From the IMG/VR virus record IMGVR_UViG_3300022660_000050: a stretch of 64,000 bases of DNA; one strand, 5' to 3'. This stretch comes from a virus (Duplodnaviria; Heunggongvirae; Uroviricota; Caudoviricetes). The notes below the pieces were generated by a model. It made no database searches. It had not been told where the DNA came from and saw nothing but the letters and a program-made list of their open reading frames with translations. The translations under genes and the position numbers were made by a program. Within the stretch, counting starts at the first letter, position 1; each line of letters begins with the position of its first letter. This document shows, piece by piece, positions 8,078 through 16,402 of the stretch.

Positions 8078-8283
8078 TGACCTTTGATTTACAGGGAGCT
8101 TTACTTGCTGCAGCTGAAGAGGCTGGCAAGATGCAGGCAGAGTTTCAGCAGCGAACAGATGATCTTATAAATCATATTAATTACGTTGAGGGCGAGAATA
8201 CTAGACTTAAAGAGAAGCTTAATAAAGCTGCTAACTTAATGAAACAGTTTGCAGAAATTTTGTCTGATGATCAAAACTATTGA
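8077..8283 (+). CDS. small coiled-coil protein
   Basis: TAATG-coupled, heptad pattern. Confidence 0.6.
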   Translation: MTFDLQGALLAAAEEAGKMQAEFQQRTDDLINHINYVEGENTRLKEKLNKAANLMKQFAEILSDDQNY

Positions 8284-8372
8284 GTACCGTATCGTATAAT
8301 ATAATAGTCCTAAAGCTGCTTCGCTTTGAGGCAGCTTTTATTATATATTATAATATTTTGGAGGTTTTTGGT

Positions 8373-8759
8373 ATGAATGATTTTGGTGGCGTCAATACTG
8401 GCAAGTGGTGGGTCAAAGAGAGAGCTGGCCTGCATGAAGCTGAATGTTCTGTTTGTGGTTATTGTCAGCCAGTAGCTGTTGGTTTTGATATTGAGACACT
8501 TACTACAAAGATTCGTGGTTTGGAAGACTACTGTCCAAGCTGCAACGAAAATATGTTTAAAGAAGAGCCGCAGCTTTTCACTAAGGAAGCTGCTTTTGCC
8601 GTTGGTAGTGCGGAGCCAATGTTGAAGTCCTTGGTTATTAACTGTGATAAGATTACTCTGGAGCAGAGAAGTCTTGGTATTACAGTAGATATTTCTGAGA
8701 ATATTGACAATATCGATACCGTAGAAATTAACGGTGTTAAGTTTGTAAGAGAGGCTTAA
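8373..8759 (+). CDS. Zn-ribbon protein
   Basis: ECSVCG...YCPSC; GGAGG RBS before ATG 8373. Confidence 0.65.
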   Translation: MNDFGGVNTGKWWVKERAGLHEAECSVCGYCQPVAVGFDIETLTTKIRGLEDYCPSCNENMFKEEPQLFTKEAAFAVGSAEPMLKSLVINCDKITLEQRSLGITVDISENIDNIDTVEINGVKFVREA

Positions 8760-8761
8760 GC

Positions 8762-8944
8762 ATGAATATTAGAGCAGAATGGCATGACCCAGATTATTAC
8801 TATCACCCGCCAAAGTATGTAAATATTATAAAAATTGAGTGGAAAGATGGTTTGCCTGGTGCCTTGGTAGTAAATGAGCATGGTAAGATTGATCATTATT
8901 ATCTTAAAGATTTAACTGTTATTGATAAGGAGTATATGTCATGA
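8762..8944 (+). CDS. hypothetical protein
   Basis: GAGG RBS, overlaps next start. Confidence 0.55.
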   Translation: MNIRAEWHDPDYYYHPPKYVNIIKIEWKDGLPGALVVNEHGKIDHYYLKDLTVIDKEYMS

Positions 8945-9324
8945 ATATTTTGTTTGTTCTTATTCTTATGATCTTTTGTCATATTGTAGATGATTACTAC
9001 CTTCAGGGCTGGCTTGCGTCGGCTAAGCAGAAGCAGTGGTGGAAGGATAATGCACCTGAGAAGCTCTACAGATTTGACTATATCTGGGCTTTGATTATGC
9101 ACTCCTTTAGCTGGTCTTTTATGATTATGCTGCCTATTGCATTATTTAACAGCTTTGCTATCAGTGGTGCGTTTGTCGGTATGCTTGTTTTTAATATGAT
9201 TATGCATGCTTTTGTTGATGACTGTAAAGCAAATAAACACTGGATCAATCTTTGGACAGATCAGGCTTGTCACTTAGTTCAGATTACAGCTACGTTTGTT
9301 ATCTTTGTTAATGGAGGTATTTAA
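8941..9324 (+). CDS. DUF3307-like membrane protein
   Basis: HIVDDYYLQ, LIMHS, HAFVDD, DQACH motifs in hydrophobic helices. Confidence 0.75.
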   Translation: MNILFVLILMIFCHIVDDYYLQGWLASAKQKQWWKDNAPEKLYRFDYIWALIMHSFSWSFMIMLPIALFNSFAISGAFVGMLVFNMIMHAFVDDCKANKHWINLWTDQACHLVQITATFVIFVNGGI

Positions 9325-9581
9325 TGCTTCAGCAGCTTAATATTAAACTAGAAGACTATTGGTTTGGCTACAATGAGTACTACGTTTTTTATGACGATGA
9401 GCACATGACTCAGGAGCAGGCTGAAAAAGCTCTTGAATTTATTGATTGGGGTAGTTGGGAGCCTAAACTTACACCTTATTACCTTATTGTTCCCGCGGTA
9501 AAGAAGCCCATCTTGAACAGTATTAAGGAATATTTTGTAAGTGGCCGCCATCAGGAGGTAAAAGATGATCCCGAAGCTTGA
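9324..9581 (+). CDS. hypothetical protein
   Basis: TAATG-coupled. Confidence 0.6.
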   Translation: MLQQLNIKLEDYWFGYNEYYVFYDDEHMTQEQAEKALEFIDWGSWEPKLTPYYLIVPAVKKPILNSIKEYFVSGRHQEVKDDPEA

Positions 9582-9876
9582 ACCTCAGAATATTGAAAAG
9601 TGTGCTGCTTGTGGAGCAAAGAATACTAAAGGCTTTGTAGTCTGCTCAGGCTTTGGAGCGTTTTCTGATGCAATTTGTTTAAGTTGTATTTCAGAGGGCA
9701 GAGAAGTATATCAGCATATGGTTAATGATATTTCTTGTGCAGGACCTTGGCCGGATGGTATAAATGAAGACTACCAGGCAGAAGTAAGACGTCAGCTTAG
9801 ATTACACAATAAAACAGAAGAAGAATTTATTGCAGACCTTGCTTTGGCAGATGAATTTTTTAATCAGGCATTTTAA
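9565..9876 (+). CDS. hypothetical Zn-finger protein
   Basis: CAAC...CLSC; GGAGG RBS. Confidence 0.6.
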   Translation: MIPKLEPQNIEKCAACGAKNTKGFVVCSGFGAFSDAICLSCISEGREVYQHMVNDISCAGPWPDGINEDYQAEVRRQLRLHNKTEEEFIADLALADEFFNQAF

Positions 9877-9904
9877 AAGAATGTCTGATTTTTCTTTACC
9901 GTAT

Positions 9905-9920
9905 ATTGTATTATATAATA
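9905..9920 (+). promoter_or_regulatory. class-A promoter motif ATTGTATTATATAATA
   Basis: Recurrent motif containing TATAAT, 24 nt before ATG 9944. Confidence 0.65.
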
Positions 9921-9943
9921 GTAAATATTAAGGAGTACATAAA

Positions 9944-10582
9944 ATGAATAATCGTATTTATTGTCCTGTAGCAAATGGTTGGGCTGAAAGAATAAGCAAG
10001 TCTAAGAAAATTCATGTTTGTAGGCAGTGTAAGCATTCAATCGATAAAGGTTCTTCTTATGTAAGTTTGCATGTGAACCTTGGCGGTCCTAGCTGGGTAT
10101 CTGAGGCTATGTGTGATGACTGTTATGCTATTGCTTTTGAGAAGGCTTTTGATTTTACACCGCCAGTAAAAGCACTTCCTGACGGTATTGAAATGGTTTA
10201 TAGAACTGCTGACGGAGAAGTTTTTGACGAACTCGGCAAGGCTGAAAAGCATATGGCTGATGCAGCAAAGTATTGCCTTATGTATAACGATAGTGGTGAG
10301 CGTACTTACGAAGTTGATAATGCTGTGGTGCTTAAAATTCTTAACGGCTCTGGAATGACTTATTTTGTGAATGCTTGTAAAAAGTATAATAAAGAAAATC
10401 CTAATCTTCAAGATACCTCCGGAGGCCTTATCAAAGATTACGAAGAGTGTAAAGGCGACTTGAGTATTTACGATAAACTTAAACCTACATATCTTTGGAA
10501 TGATGCTGAGTATATTTATATTGATGATGACCAGCACCGAGCGCTTCTTGGCTATATTGTAGATAAATATGGAGTAAAGTAA
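9944..10582 (+). CDS. hypothetical protein with N-terminal Zn finger
   Basis: CRQC...CDDC; AAGGAG RBS. Confidence 0.65.
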   Translation: MNNRIYCPVANGWAERISKSKKIHVCRQCKHSIDKGSSYVSLHVNLGGPSWVSEAMCDDCYAIAFEKAFDFTPPVKALPDGIEMVYRTADGEVFDELGKAEKHMADAAKYCLMYNDSGERTYEVDNAVVLKILNGSGMTYFVNACKKYNKENPNLQDTSGGLIKDYEECKGDLSIYDKLKPTYLWNDAEYIYIDDDQHRALLGYIVDKYGVK

Positions 10583-10593
10583 TCGCAGAAGGA

Positions 10594-11142
10594 GTGTATA
10601 AAGTGAATTCTAGAGTAATATTTCTTGATTATGATGGTGTCGTGAATACTCCTATGTGGAATGAGAAGGGTACCCACTGTAATTACAATTGGCCGAGCCA
10701 CGGAAAAGTAAATAATTTTCAAGCAGTACAGTGGCTATCTGAGGCTTGCCAGAAATTTCATTATGATATTGTAGTTACTTCTACTTGGCGTAGAGATAAA
10801 AACTACAAGGAATGCCTTATTAATGGTGGTCTCAGAGAGGGTATTGAAATTCTTGGTAAGACAGAGCATCTTGAGGTATCAGAAGGTTGGTCTCGCGGTC
10901 ATGAGATTCAGAAATATCTTGACGAGCATCCTGAAATTAACTATTTTATGATCCTAGATGATGAGAATGTGCCAATTAATGACGTACAAAGAGAACATTT
11001 TATTCAGACTGTTGACGCTCATGGCGGCTTTAACGAGGCAGATTTCTTTACTTTTGAGAAACTTTATATGAGAGACGTAGGTCACGGTGGATCGTTTTGG
11101 GACAGAAAAAGTAAAGATTATCGCAAGGAGATTATTATATGA
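10594..11142 (+). CDS. HAD-superfamily phosphatase (RNA-repair 'Swiss army knife' type)
   Basis: IFLDYDGVVN motif I, VVTSTWR motif II, RGHEI, ILDDE motif IV. Confidence 0.8.
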   Translation: MYKVNSRVIFLDYDGVVNTPMWNEKGTHCNYNWPSHGKVNNFQAVQWLSEACQKFHYDIVVTSTWRRDKNYKECLINGGLREGIEILGKTEHLEVSEGWSRGHEIQKYLDEHPEINYFMILDDENVPINDVQREHFIQTVDAHGGFNEADFFTFEKLYMRDVGHGGSFWDRKSKDYRKEIII

Positions 11143-11498
11143 GAACGATAGATACTCTATTGACAGATTTTAATGATATTTGTACTTTGTATAGATATCT
11201 GTATATGTCTGAAGATCATTTTATTGACGTTGAAACACCGGCGACTACTTTGAGAATTACTATGACCGAACAACTTAATTTTCTGTGTCAGAATCTCAGA
11301 TTTCCTGACCTTCCGCCTATGGGCTATAATGATATGATGACTCTAAATCAGTCATTGGGAATTATTGACCAGCTTAAACATAAACCTGGTATTATGCACT
11401 TCCGTGAGGGTGCTTCTCGCTGGGATGAAATTCTTGATATTACTAATGCAAACTTGGCTCTAAACAGAGACCATAAAAAGAGGTATGCTACCGTATGA
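11139..11498 (+). CDS. hypothetical protein
   Basis: ATGA overlap coupling. Confidence 0.6.
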   Translation: MRTIDTLLTDFNDICTLYRYLYMSEDHFIDVETPATTLRITMTEQLNFLCQNLRFPDLPPMGYNDMMTLNQSLGIIDQLKHKPGIMHFREGASRWDEILDITNANLALNRDHKKRYATV

Positions 11499-11680
11499 TT
11501 ACAAAAGAACAGGCAATTGATATTATAAATAAGTTTGATTTTTTCTACGGCCAGCGGGCAGGAAGAGAGCTTTGGTTTGATAAGCCGAGAGAAGTACAGG
11601 ATGCAGATGTAAAAAATTTCAGTGATGATTGTGTGAGACTACTTGAGTACGTTATGAAGACGGAGGCGCCTAATGTATAA
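11495..11680 (+). CDS. hypothetical protein
   Basis: ATGA overlap coupling. Confidence 0.55.
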   Translation: MITKEQAIDIINKFDFFYGQRAGRELWFDKPREVQDADVKNFSDDCVRLLEYVMKTEAPNV

Positions 11681-12056
11681 TCCTTTTGATCATTGGAAAG
11701 AACTGAAGTGTACAAAGTGTATACATGCGGAGCTTTGTATGCAGAATAGAGGCGGTGCGGATCTTGATATTGCAGCAGTGGACTGTCAGCACTTTAAAGA
11801 CGCTTCTACTATTATTGAGTTGCCTAAGAAATTTTGGTTAGTTTTTAATGTTCCAGGTTTTTATAATATTACAGAGTATGATGTAGACCGAATCAGCGTT
11901 GCCAACGGAGTAATTGATAAAATGTGGGGCTCAAACAAAACTTCTAAGGAAGTTGTCTATAAAGAACATTTTGGTAGTCTAGTTTTCTTTTCTGAAGAAT
12001 CAGCTAAGCTCGGTTTGGAAAAACTTATTGAGGAATACCGTAATGAAGAAACTTAA
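11673..12056 (+). CDS. hypothetical protein (CxxCxxxxxC N-terminus)
   Basis: GGAGG RBS. Confidence 0.6.
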   Translation: MYNPFDHWKELKCTKCIHAELCMQNRGGADLDIAAVDCQHFKDASTIIELPKKFWLVFNVPGFYNITEYDVDRISVANGVIDKMWGSNKTSKEVVYKEHFGSLVFFSEESAKLGLEKLIEEYRNEET

Positions 12057-12339
12057 TATTAAAAATTTGACTATCGATCTTGTAGACAATACACAAAAGG
12101 AAGACTGGGAAAAAGCAGTATCTCATGCCTTTGAATCAGTATCTTCTGACGCAGAATTTATTAACTTGGTTAAAGTCAAGTTGCCAGATGCTCCAATGGA
12201 TAAAGCTCATTTTATTTTTCGACAACTAAAAGAAGACTTCGCTGAGCATGGATTGACTAATTGTGTATTTGTGCCTATTCACCCGCATGGCATTCAGGAT
12301 ATTACTATTGAAAAGTTGGAGATAGTAAATGAAGACTAA
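12043..12339 (+). CDS. hypothetical protein
   Basis: GAGGA RBS before ATG 12043. Confidence 0.55.
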   Translation: MKKLNIKNLTIDLVDNTQKEDWEKAVSHAFESVSSDAEFINLVKVKLPDAPMDKAHFIFRQLKEDFAEHGLTNCVFVPIHPHGIQDITIEKLEIVNED

Positions 12340-12598
12340 GAAAGAATACAGGTATAATGAAGGCTTTGAAGCCATAAAGAATAATATCTGCGATACGTCT
12401 TACGGTCTTTGCCCTGCACCAATGAACGCTCAGGAAGCTCTTGATATACTTACCAGCTATCTTCTTGGTGATGATTGGTATGTAGTTGATCCCGTGAGTG
12501 TGGAGCAGTGTAATGCCTGTGTAGTAGAGCAGATTCTTGACAAATATTCCAAAAAGTGGAAAAAAGATTGGGATCACTTTGAAAAATACGATCAATAA
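12329..12598 (+). CDS. hypothetical protein
   Basis: GGAG RBS, 89 aa. Confidence 0.6.
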   Translation: MKTKKEYRYNEGFEAIKNNICDTSYGLCPAPMNAQEALDILTSYLLGDDWYVVDPVSVEQCNACVVEQILDKYSKKWKKDWDHFEKYDQ

Positions 12599-12614
12599 AT
12601 CGTATTATATAATA
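12599..12614 (+). promoter_or_regulatory. class-A promoter directly ahead of ncRNA array
   Basis: ATCGTATTATATAATA; TATAAT at 12608-12613 puts the start site near the GG of unit 1. Confidence 0.65.
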
Positions 12615-12722
12615 TCAGGTGCCACGAAGCTTAGCTTGGTCGGATGATTGATTATGGGTCATACCGGGTACCAATAAGATTCAGAAGCAGTGGTAAATGG
12701 AATGCGATAAACAGCCTGATAT
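12612..12722 (+). ncRNA. unknown structured RNA, unit 1 of 4
   Basis: AGGTGCCACGAAGC - 56-nt insert - GCAGTGGTAAATGGAATGCGATAAACAGCCT; closing stem ATATCAGG/CCTGATAT. Confidence 0.75.
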
Positions 12723-12728
12723 GTTTAG

Positions 12729-12871
12729 AGGTGCCACGATGCCAATAACTTGGGAGTGAATACTTCTTGATGAAGTTAGCTCGTTGTTTTACAAGGTAAC
12801 CAATCCGTCAACGAGATAAAGCTCTGTGAGGCGACAAAATGCAGTGGTAAATGGAGTTTGATGAACAGCCT
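12729..12871 (+). ncRNA. unknown structured RNA, unit 2 of 4
   Basis: AGGTGCCACGATGC - 98 nt - GCAGTGGTAAATGGAGTTTGATGAACAGCCT. Confidence 0.75.
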
Positions 12872-12879
12872 GATTTTTG

Positions 12880-13005
12880 GGGTGCCACGAAGCCCTATGG
12901 ATTCAGTTAGTAAGCCGGAACAAAAGCAGCCTAAGAAGCTAGCACGGCCGGGGACTGAAAGACGGGATGCAGAAGCTGTGGTAAATGGAGAGAGTTGAAC
13001 AGCCT
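12880..13005 (+). ncRNA. unknown structured RNA, unit 3 of 4
   Basis: GGGTGCCACGAAGC - 81 nt - GCTGTGGTAAATGGAGAGAGTTGAACAGCCT. Confidence 0.75.
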
Positions 13006-13006
13006 A

Positions 13007-13097
13007 GTATAAAATGTAGGATTAGCTAGCCTTATTTTATACAGCTGAGTCGAATGACGTGGGAAGTTCCCCGTTCACCTTCGCTTGGGTGCTCAGC
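13007..13097 (+). other. two stem-loops in the long linker between units 3 and 4
   Basis: GTATAAAAT/ATTTTATAC (13007-13042) and GCTGAG/CTCAGC enclosing two sub-hairpins (13044-13097). Confidence 0.6.
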
Positions 13098-13111
13098 AAC
13101 AAGCAATTTAA

Positions 13112-13280
13112 TTGTAGGTGCCACGAAGGATCCTTAAGCCGTTAGCTCTAGGGCACTCGAAATGTCCGGATGAATCGGGGTGCAAGCAGGCCGTGTAACA
13201 CGTTTAAACTTAGCGGGGCGGAACCTCTGCGGGATTGTCAAAAGCGCTGTGGTAAATGGAGTGTGATGAACAGCCTACAA
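13112..13280 (+). ncRNA. unknown structured RNA, unit 4 of 4
   Basis: AGGTGCCACGAAGG - 116 nt - GCTGTGGTAAATGGAGTGTGATGAACAGCCT; closing stem TTGTAGG/CCTACAA covaries with unit 1. Confidence 0.75.
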
Positions 13281-13311
13281 AATATTTTATTTGAGGAAGG
13301 AGACCTTATTT

Positions 13312-13478
13312 ATGTACTTCGTTATTTGTGAGGACACTCCACCCAACATTATTGGTTGCTCAGGACGCTGAGTAATGGCCGTGGGCGCAGGCTCGGTATC
13401 GCCGAGGAAGACGAGACATACTGCGATGGAGGTTAGGTGGGAGGCCTCTATAAGGGGTGCTGAGGTAAAGGCACCCCG
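13312..13478 (+). other. multi-stem structured region, possibly overlapping a 19-aa ORF (13312-13371)
   Basis: CTCCACCCAAC pairs with GTTAGGTGGGAG; inner hairpins TTGCTCAG/CTGAGTAA and CTCGG/CCGAG; GGGGTGC/GCACCCC hairpin; AGGAAGGAG RBS before ATG 13312. Confidence 0.4.
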
Positions 13479-13487
13479 CTTCTATAT

Positions 13488-13634
13488 CTACAACTGGCGG
13501 AACAGGCGACACAAATGTAAGTCCTGACTAAAGGCAGAATTAACTGTAAGTCCTTTTGGTGTAGACGCACCGCGGAGAAGCAGCGATGCGCTGACGAGTG
13601 TATCATCTGGGTTCGAATCCCGGGTTGTGGGCCA
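13488..13634 (+). ncRNA. 147-nt tRNA-like RNA with expanded D-loop and degenerate anticodon arm
   Basis: Acceptor CTACAAC/GTTGTGG, G73, CCA; T-arm CTGGG-TTCGAAT-CCCGG; 7-bp variable arm GATGCGC/GTGTATC; about 55 nt inserted in D-loop. Confidence 0.7.
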
Positions 13635-13658
13635 ATTTTATTTTTAGGAGAAAAGCAG

Positions 13659-14213
13659 ATGGTAATTGGACTTGATTTCGACGGAACAATCAATGATATG
13701 CTTATTACTTGGGTTGAGTGGCTTAATAGAAAGCACGGAACTAGTGTACAGTTATCTGATATAGTCGAGTGGGAACTTGAAAAAGTATTTCCAACATTAT
13801 CAAAACGTGAGCTGTTTGAGCCTTTGAACACACCAGAGTATTGGGATGAAGTTTCTATTAAGTCTGGCGCTGTTGAAGTTATTGAAAAGCTTATTTCTGA
13901 AGGTGATGAAGTTTATATAATTACCAGTTCTCATTATAGAACACTTCCGTATAAGTTAGACAAATGCCTTTTTGCTCATTTTCCTTTTTTAAAAAAAGAA
14001 AATATAATTATTACATATAATAAATCACTTATTAATTGTGATCTTCTGCTTGACGACGCTGAACATAACTTAGTAAATTTTAAAGGAATTAAAGTAGTTT
14101 TTGACGCGCCTTACAATAAAAATACTTCTGTTGCAGACTTTAGAGTAGTTTCGTGGGAAGATTTTTATGAACTTATTTCTGAGCTAAAGATTGCTATTCC
14201 TGATATTGTATAA
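13659..14213 (+). CDS. 5'(3')-deoxyribonucleotidase (NT5C, HAD family)
   Basis: IGLDFDGTIND, YIITSS, LLLDDAEHNL, FDAPYN. Confidence 0.88.
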   Translation: MVIGLDFDGTINDMLITWVEWLNRKHGTSVQLSDIVEWELEKVFPTLSKRELFEPLNTPEYWDEVSIKSGAVEVIEKLISEGDEVYIITSSHYRTLPYKLDKCLFAHFPFLKKENIIITYNKSLINCDLLLDDAEHNLVNFKGIKVVFDAPYNKNTSVADFRVVSWEDFYELISELKIAIPDIV

Positions 14214-14246
14214 TATATTATAATAAAAAGTAAAGGAAATATAATA

Positions 14247-15068
14247 ATGGGAAATAATAAAAAAGATTCTCTTGGCGATCGTATGAAAGAAAACTACGAG
14301 AATCGTAGTAAAACTTATCTGACACGACGTACGCCTTGTATTATTCGTTTGGACGGTAAGGCTTTCCATAGCTTTACTAGTAATTTGCAAAAGCCTTACG
14401 ATGAGATTTTTCATAAGGCAATGAACTCTACTTTGCAGTATCTTTGTAAAAATATTCAGGGTTGTAAGTTTGGTTATACGCAGAGTGATGAAATTTCGCT
14501 TCTGTTGACTGACTATGATACTCTGACTACTGATGCCTTCTTTGATTATAACGTGCAAAAGATCTGCTCTGTTGCGGCTTCTATGGCAACAATGATTTTC
14601 AATAAGTCATTTAATATGCTTGTAGATGATTATCATAAATCTGATTTGTGGTGTAATCATTACTTTGAGGAGCCTATTAAAAGATATTCTGAAGCACTAA
14701 AGAAGTGTTGTGATAAGGGTGCGATGTTTGATGCTCGCTGCTTTAATATTCCTGCTTCTGAAGTTGTGAATTGCTTTGTGTGGAGGCAAGAAGATGCTAC
14801 TCGAAACGCAATTCAGATGCTTGGCCAGACTTATTTTAATCATAATGAATTGCATAAAAAGAAGACTGATATGATTCAGGAAATGCTTTGGCAGAAAGGC
14901 ATTAATTTCAATGATATGCCTATTGAGTTTAAGCGTGGTATCTGCTGTTATAAGAGAGCTATCGAAGTAAACGGCGCAGCAAGAACTGAATGGTATATTG
15001 ACAAAGAGTGTCCTATTTTTACACAGGACCGAAACTATATTGAAAGATTTCTTCCTAAGGAGAACTAA
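14247..15068 (+). CDS. tRNA(His) guanylyltransferase / Thg1-like protein
   Basis: LGDRMK..YE, IRLDGKAFHSFT, YTQSDEISL, FDARCF, WRQEDATRN. Confidence 0.93.
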   Translation: MGNNKKDSLGDRMKENYENRSKTYLTRRTPCIIRLDGKAFHSFTSNLQKPYDEIFHKAMNSTLQYLCKNIQGCKFGYTQSDEISLLLTDYDTLTTDAFFDYNVQKICSVAASMATMIFNKSFNMLVDDYHKSDLWCNHYFEEPIKRYSEALKKCCDKGAMFDARCFNIPASEVVNCFVWRQEDATRNAIQMLGQTYFNHNELHKKKTDMIQEMLWQKGINFNDMPIEFKRGICCYKRAIEVNGAARTEWYIDKECPIFTQDRNYIERFLPKEN

Positions 15069-15623
15069 ATGACAAATAGAGAAAGATTTATTTCACTTTG
15101 TACGTTTAATCGTACAGGCAAAGCAGAACTTTTTGAATGGCTCGAGAGTAGTGATTTCTTTACTGCACCGGCGAGTGCAAAGTATCATGGCTCTTATGAA
15201 GGTGGGCTTGTAGAGCACTCTTTGAACGTATACGACGCCCTTGTAAAGCTACTTACAATTTATCCTGAGATTCAGGTATCTGAAGAAAGCGTTGCTATCG
15301 TAGCTCTTTTCCATGATCTTTGTAAAGTAAATATGTATGAGAAAGAGACCCGCTACCGTAAGGATGAAAACGGTAAGTGGGAGCCTTACGAGGCTTATAC
15401 TCATAATGAAAAGCTACATTATGGCGGACACGGGAGTAAGTCAGTATTTATTCTTCAGAACTTTATTAAGCTGACTCCTGAAGAAGCAGTTGCTATTAAT
15501 TGCCATATGGGCTCTTGGGAAGATAACCCTAATATCGGACCTGCTTTTGAGCATTGTCCTTTAGCTTGGCTTCTTCACGTTGCAGATGAGAGTGCAACCT
15601 TTATTACGGAGGCAAAGAGATGA
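15069..15623 (+). CDS. HD-domain phosphohydrolase
   Basis: APASAKYHG..EGGLVEHSLNV, LFHDLCK, GHG, CHMG, HVAD. Confidence 0.88.
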   Translation: MTNRERFISLCTFNRTGKAELFEWLESSDFFTAPASAKYHGSYEGGLVEHSLNVYDALVKLLTIYPEIQVSEESVAIVALFHDLCKVNMYEKETRYRKDENGKWEPYEAYTHNEKLHYGGHGSKSVFILQNFIKLTPEEAVAINCHMGSWEDNPNIGPAFEHCPLAWLLHVADESATFITEAKR

Positions 15624-16402
15624 AATTTTTCTGCGTTTCAGATATACATTCTTATTACTCTGCACTGAAGAAAGCTTTAGATGAGGCCGGCTTTGACCGA
15701 AATAATCCAGAGCATTGGTTAATTTCTTGCGGTGATGCTTTTGATAGAGGCCATGAGAGCGAAGAAGTACTTCATTTTCTCATGTCACTTGAAAGAAAGA
15801 TTCTCGTAAAAGGTAATCATGACCTTCTACTTGATGACCTTTGTATGAGAGAATTTCCTTATAGTCATGACTTTTCTAACGGTACTACTCGTACCGTAAA
15901 TGACATTGGCGGTGCGGGAGAAGGCTACCCTTTTGATGACTGCTGTAGAAATACTTGGAATAGAACAGCCGCCTATCGTGCTTCACTTGTAAACTATTTT
16001 GAAACTGAGAATTATATATTTGTACATAGTTGGATTCCTACTATTACGGAAGGTGCTAGTAAGCCTTGGCATACGCTTAATAAGTATTATGAATATAAGG
16101 AAGACTGGCGTGAGGCTACAAGAAATGAGTGGGAAGAAGCTATGTGGGGAAATCCGTTCTTTAAGGCTCAGGACGGTATGAATAGGACCGGTAAATATAT
16201 TGTATTTGGTCATTGGCATTGCTCTTTGGGACACTTAATTAGCAGCGACGGAGAGCTTAGTGAGTTCGGCGAAAATGCTTGCTGGGACATTTACAAAAAT
16301 GATGACTGGAAAATTATCGGAATTGATAAGTGCACAGCTCATACAGGAAAAGTAAATGTTTTGGTAATTGAAGATAATTTTTTAAATAAGGAGACTGACT
16401 AA
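15620..16402 (+). CDS. calcineurin-like metallophosphoesterase
   Basis: SDIHS, GDAFDRG, GNHD, FVH, FGHWH. Confidence 0.9.
   Translation: MKFFCVSDIHSYYSALKKALDEAGFDRNNPEHWLISCGDAFDRGHESEEVLHFLMSLERKILVKGNHDLLLDDLCMREFPYSHDFSNGTTRTVNDIGGAGEGYPFDDCCRNTWNRTAAYRASLVNYFETENYIFVHSWIPTITEGASKPWHTLNKYYEYKEDWREATRNEWEEAMWGNPFFKAQDGMNRTGKYIVFGHWHCSLGHLISSDGELSEFGENACWDIYKNDDWKIIGIDKCTAHTGKVNVLVIEDNFLNKETD

Noticed and set aside
13044-13110. HDV-like/theta ribozyme
   Set aside because: P1 and a P3-like hairpin (CACC-TTCGCTTG-GGTG) are present, but no downstream P2 partner or J4/2 segment.
12612-13280. CRISPR, TIGR or type III antitoxin interpretation of the four-unit array
   Set aside because: Units have two different conserved blocks that pair with each other around 56-116 nt structured inserts, unlike the fixed short spacers or near-identical repeats of those systems; no cognate protein adjacent.
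12612-13280. Pistol or hairpin ribozyme, lysine or cobalamin riboswitch
   Set aside because: Only short word similarities (ATCAGGTGC, GTGGTA, AGAGGTGC); the required pairings and remaining conserved blocks are missing by eye. A covariance search is still needed.
13454-13478. TPP riboswitch (GGGGTGCTGAG)
   Set aside because: Simple hairpin; the downstream GAACCTG and TAAT...GCGTAGG blocks are absent.
13591-13598. Hammerhead core CTGACGAG
   Set aside because: It is the variable-arm loop of the tRNA-like RNA; no GAAA or cleavage triplet in register.
13448-13831. 127-aa minus-strand ORF
   Set aside because: Overlaps the tRNA-like RNA and the nucleotidase gene antisense.
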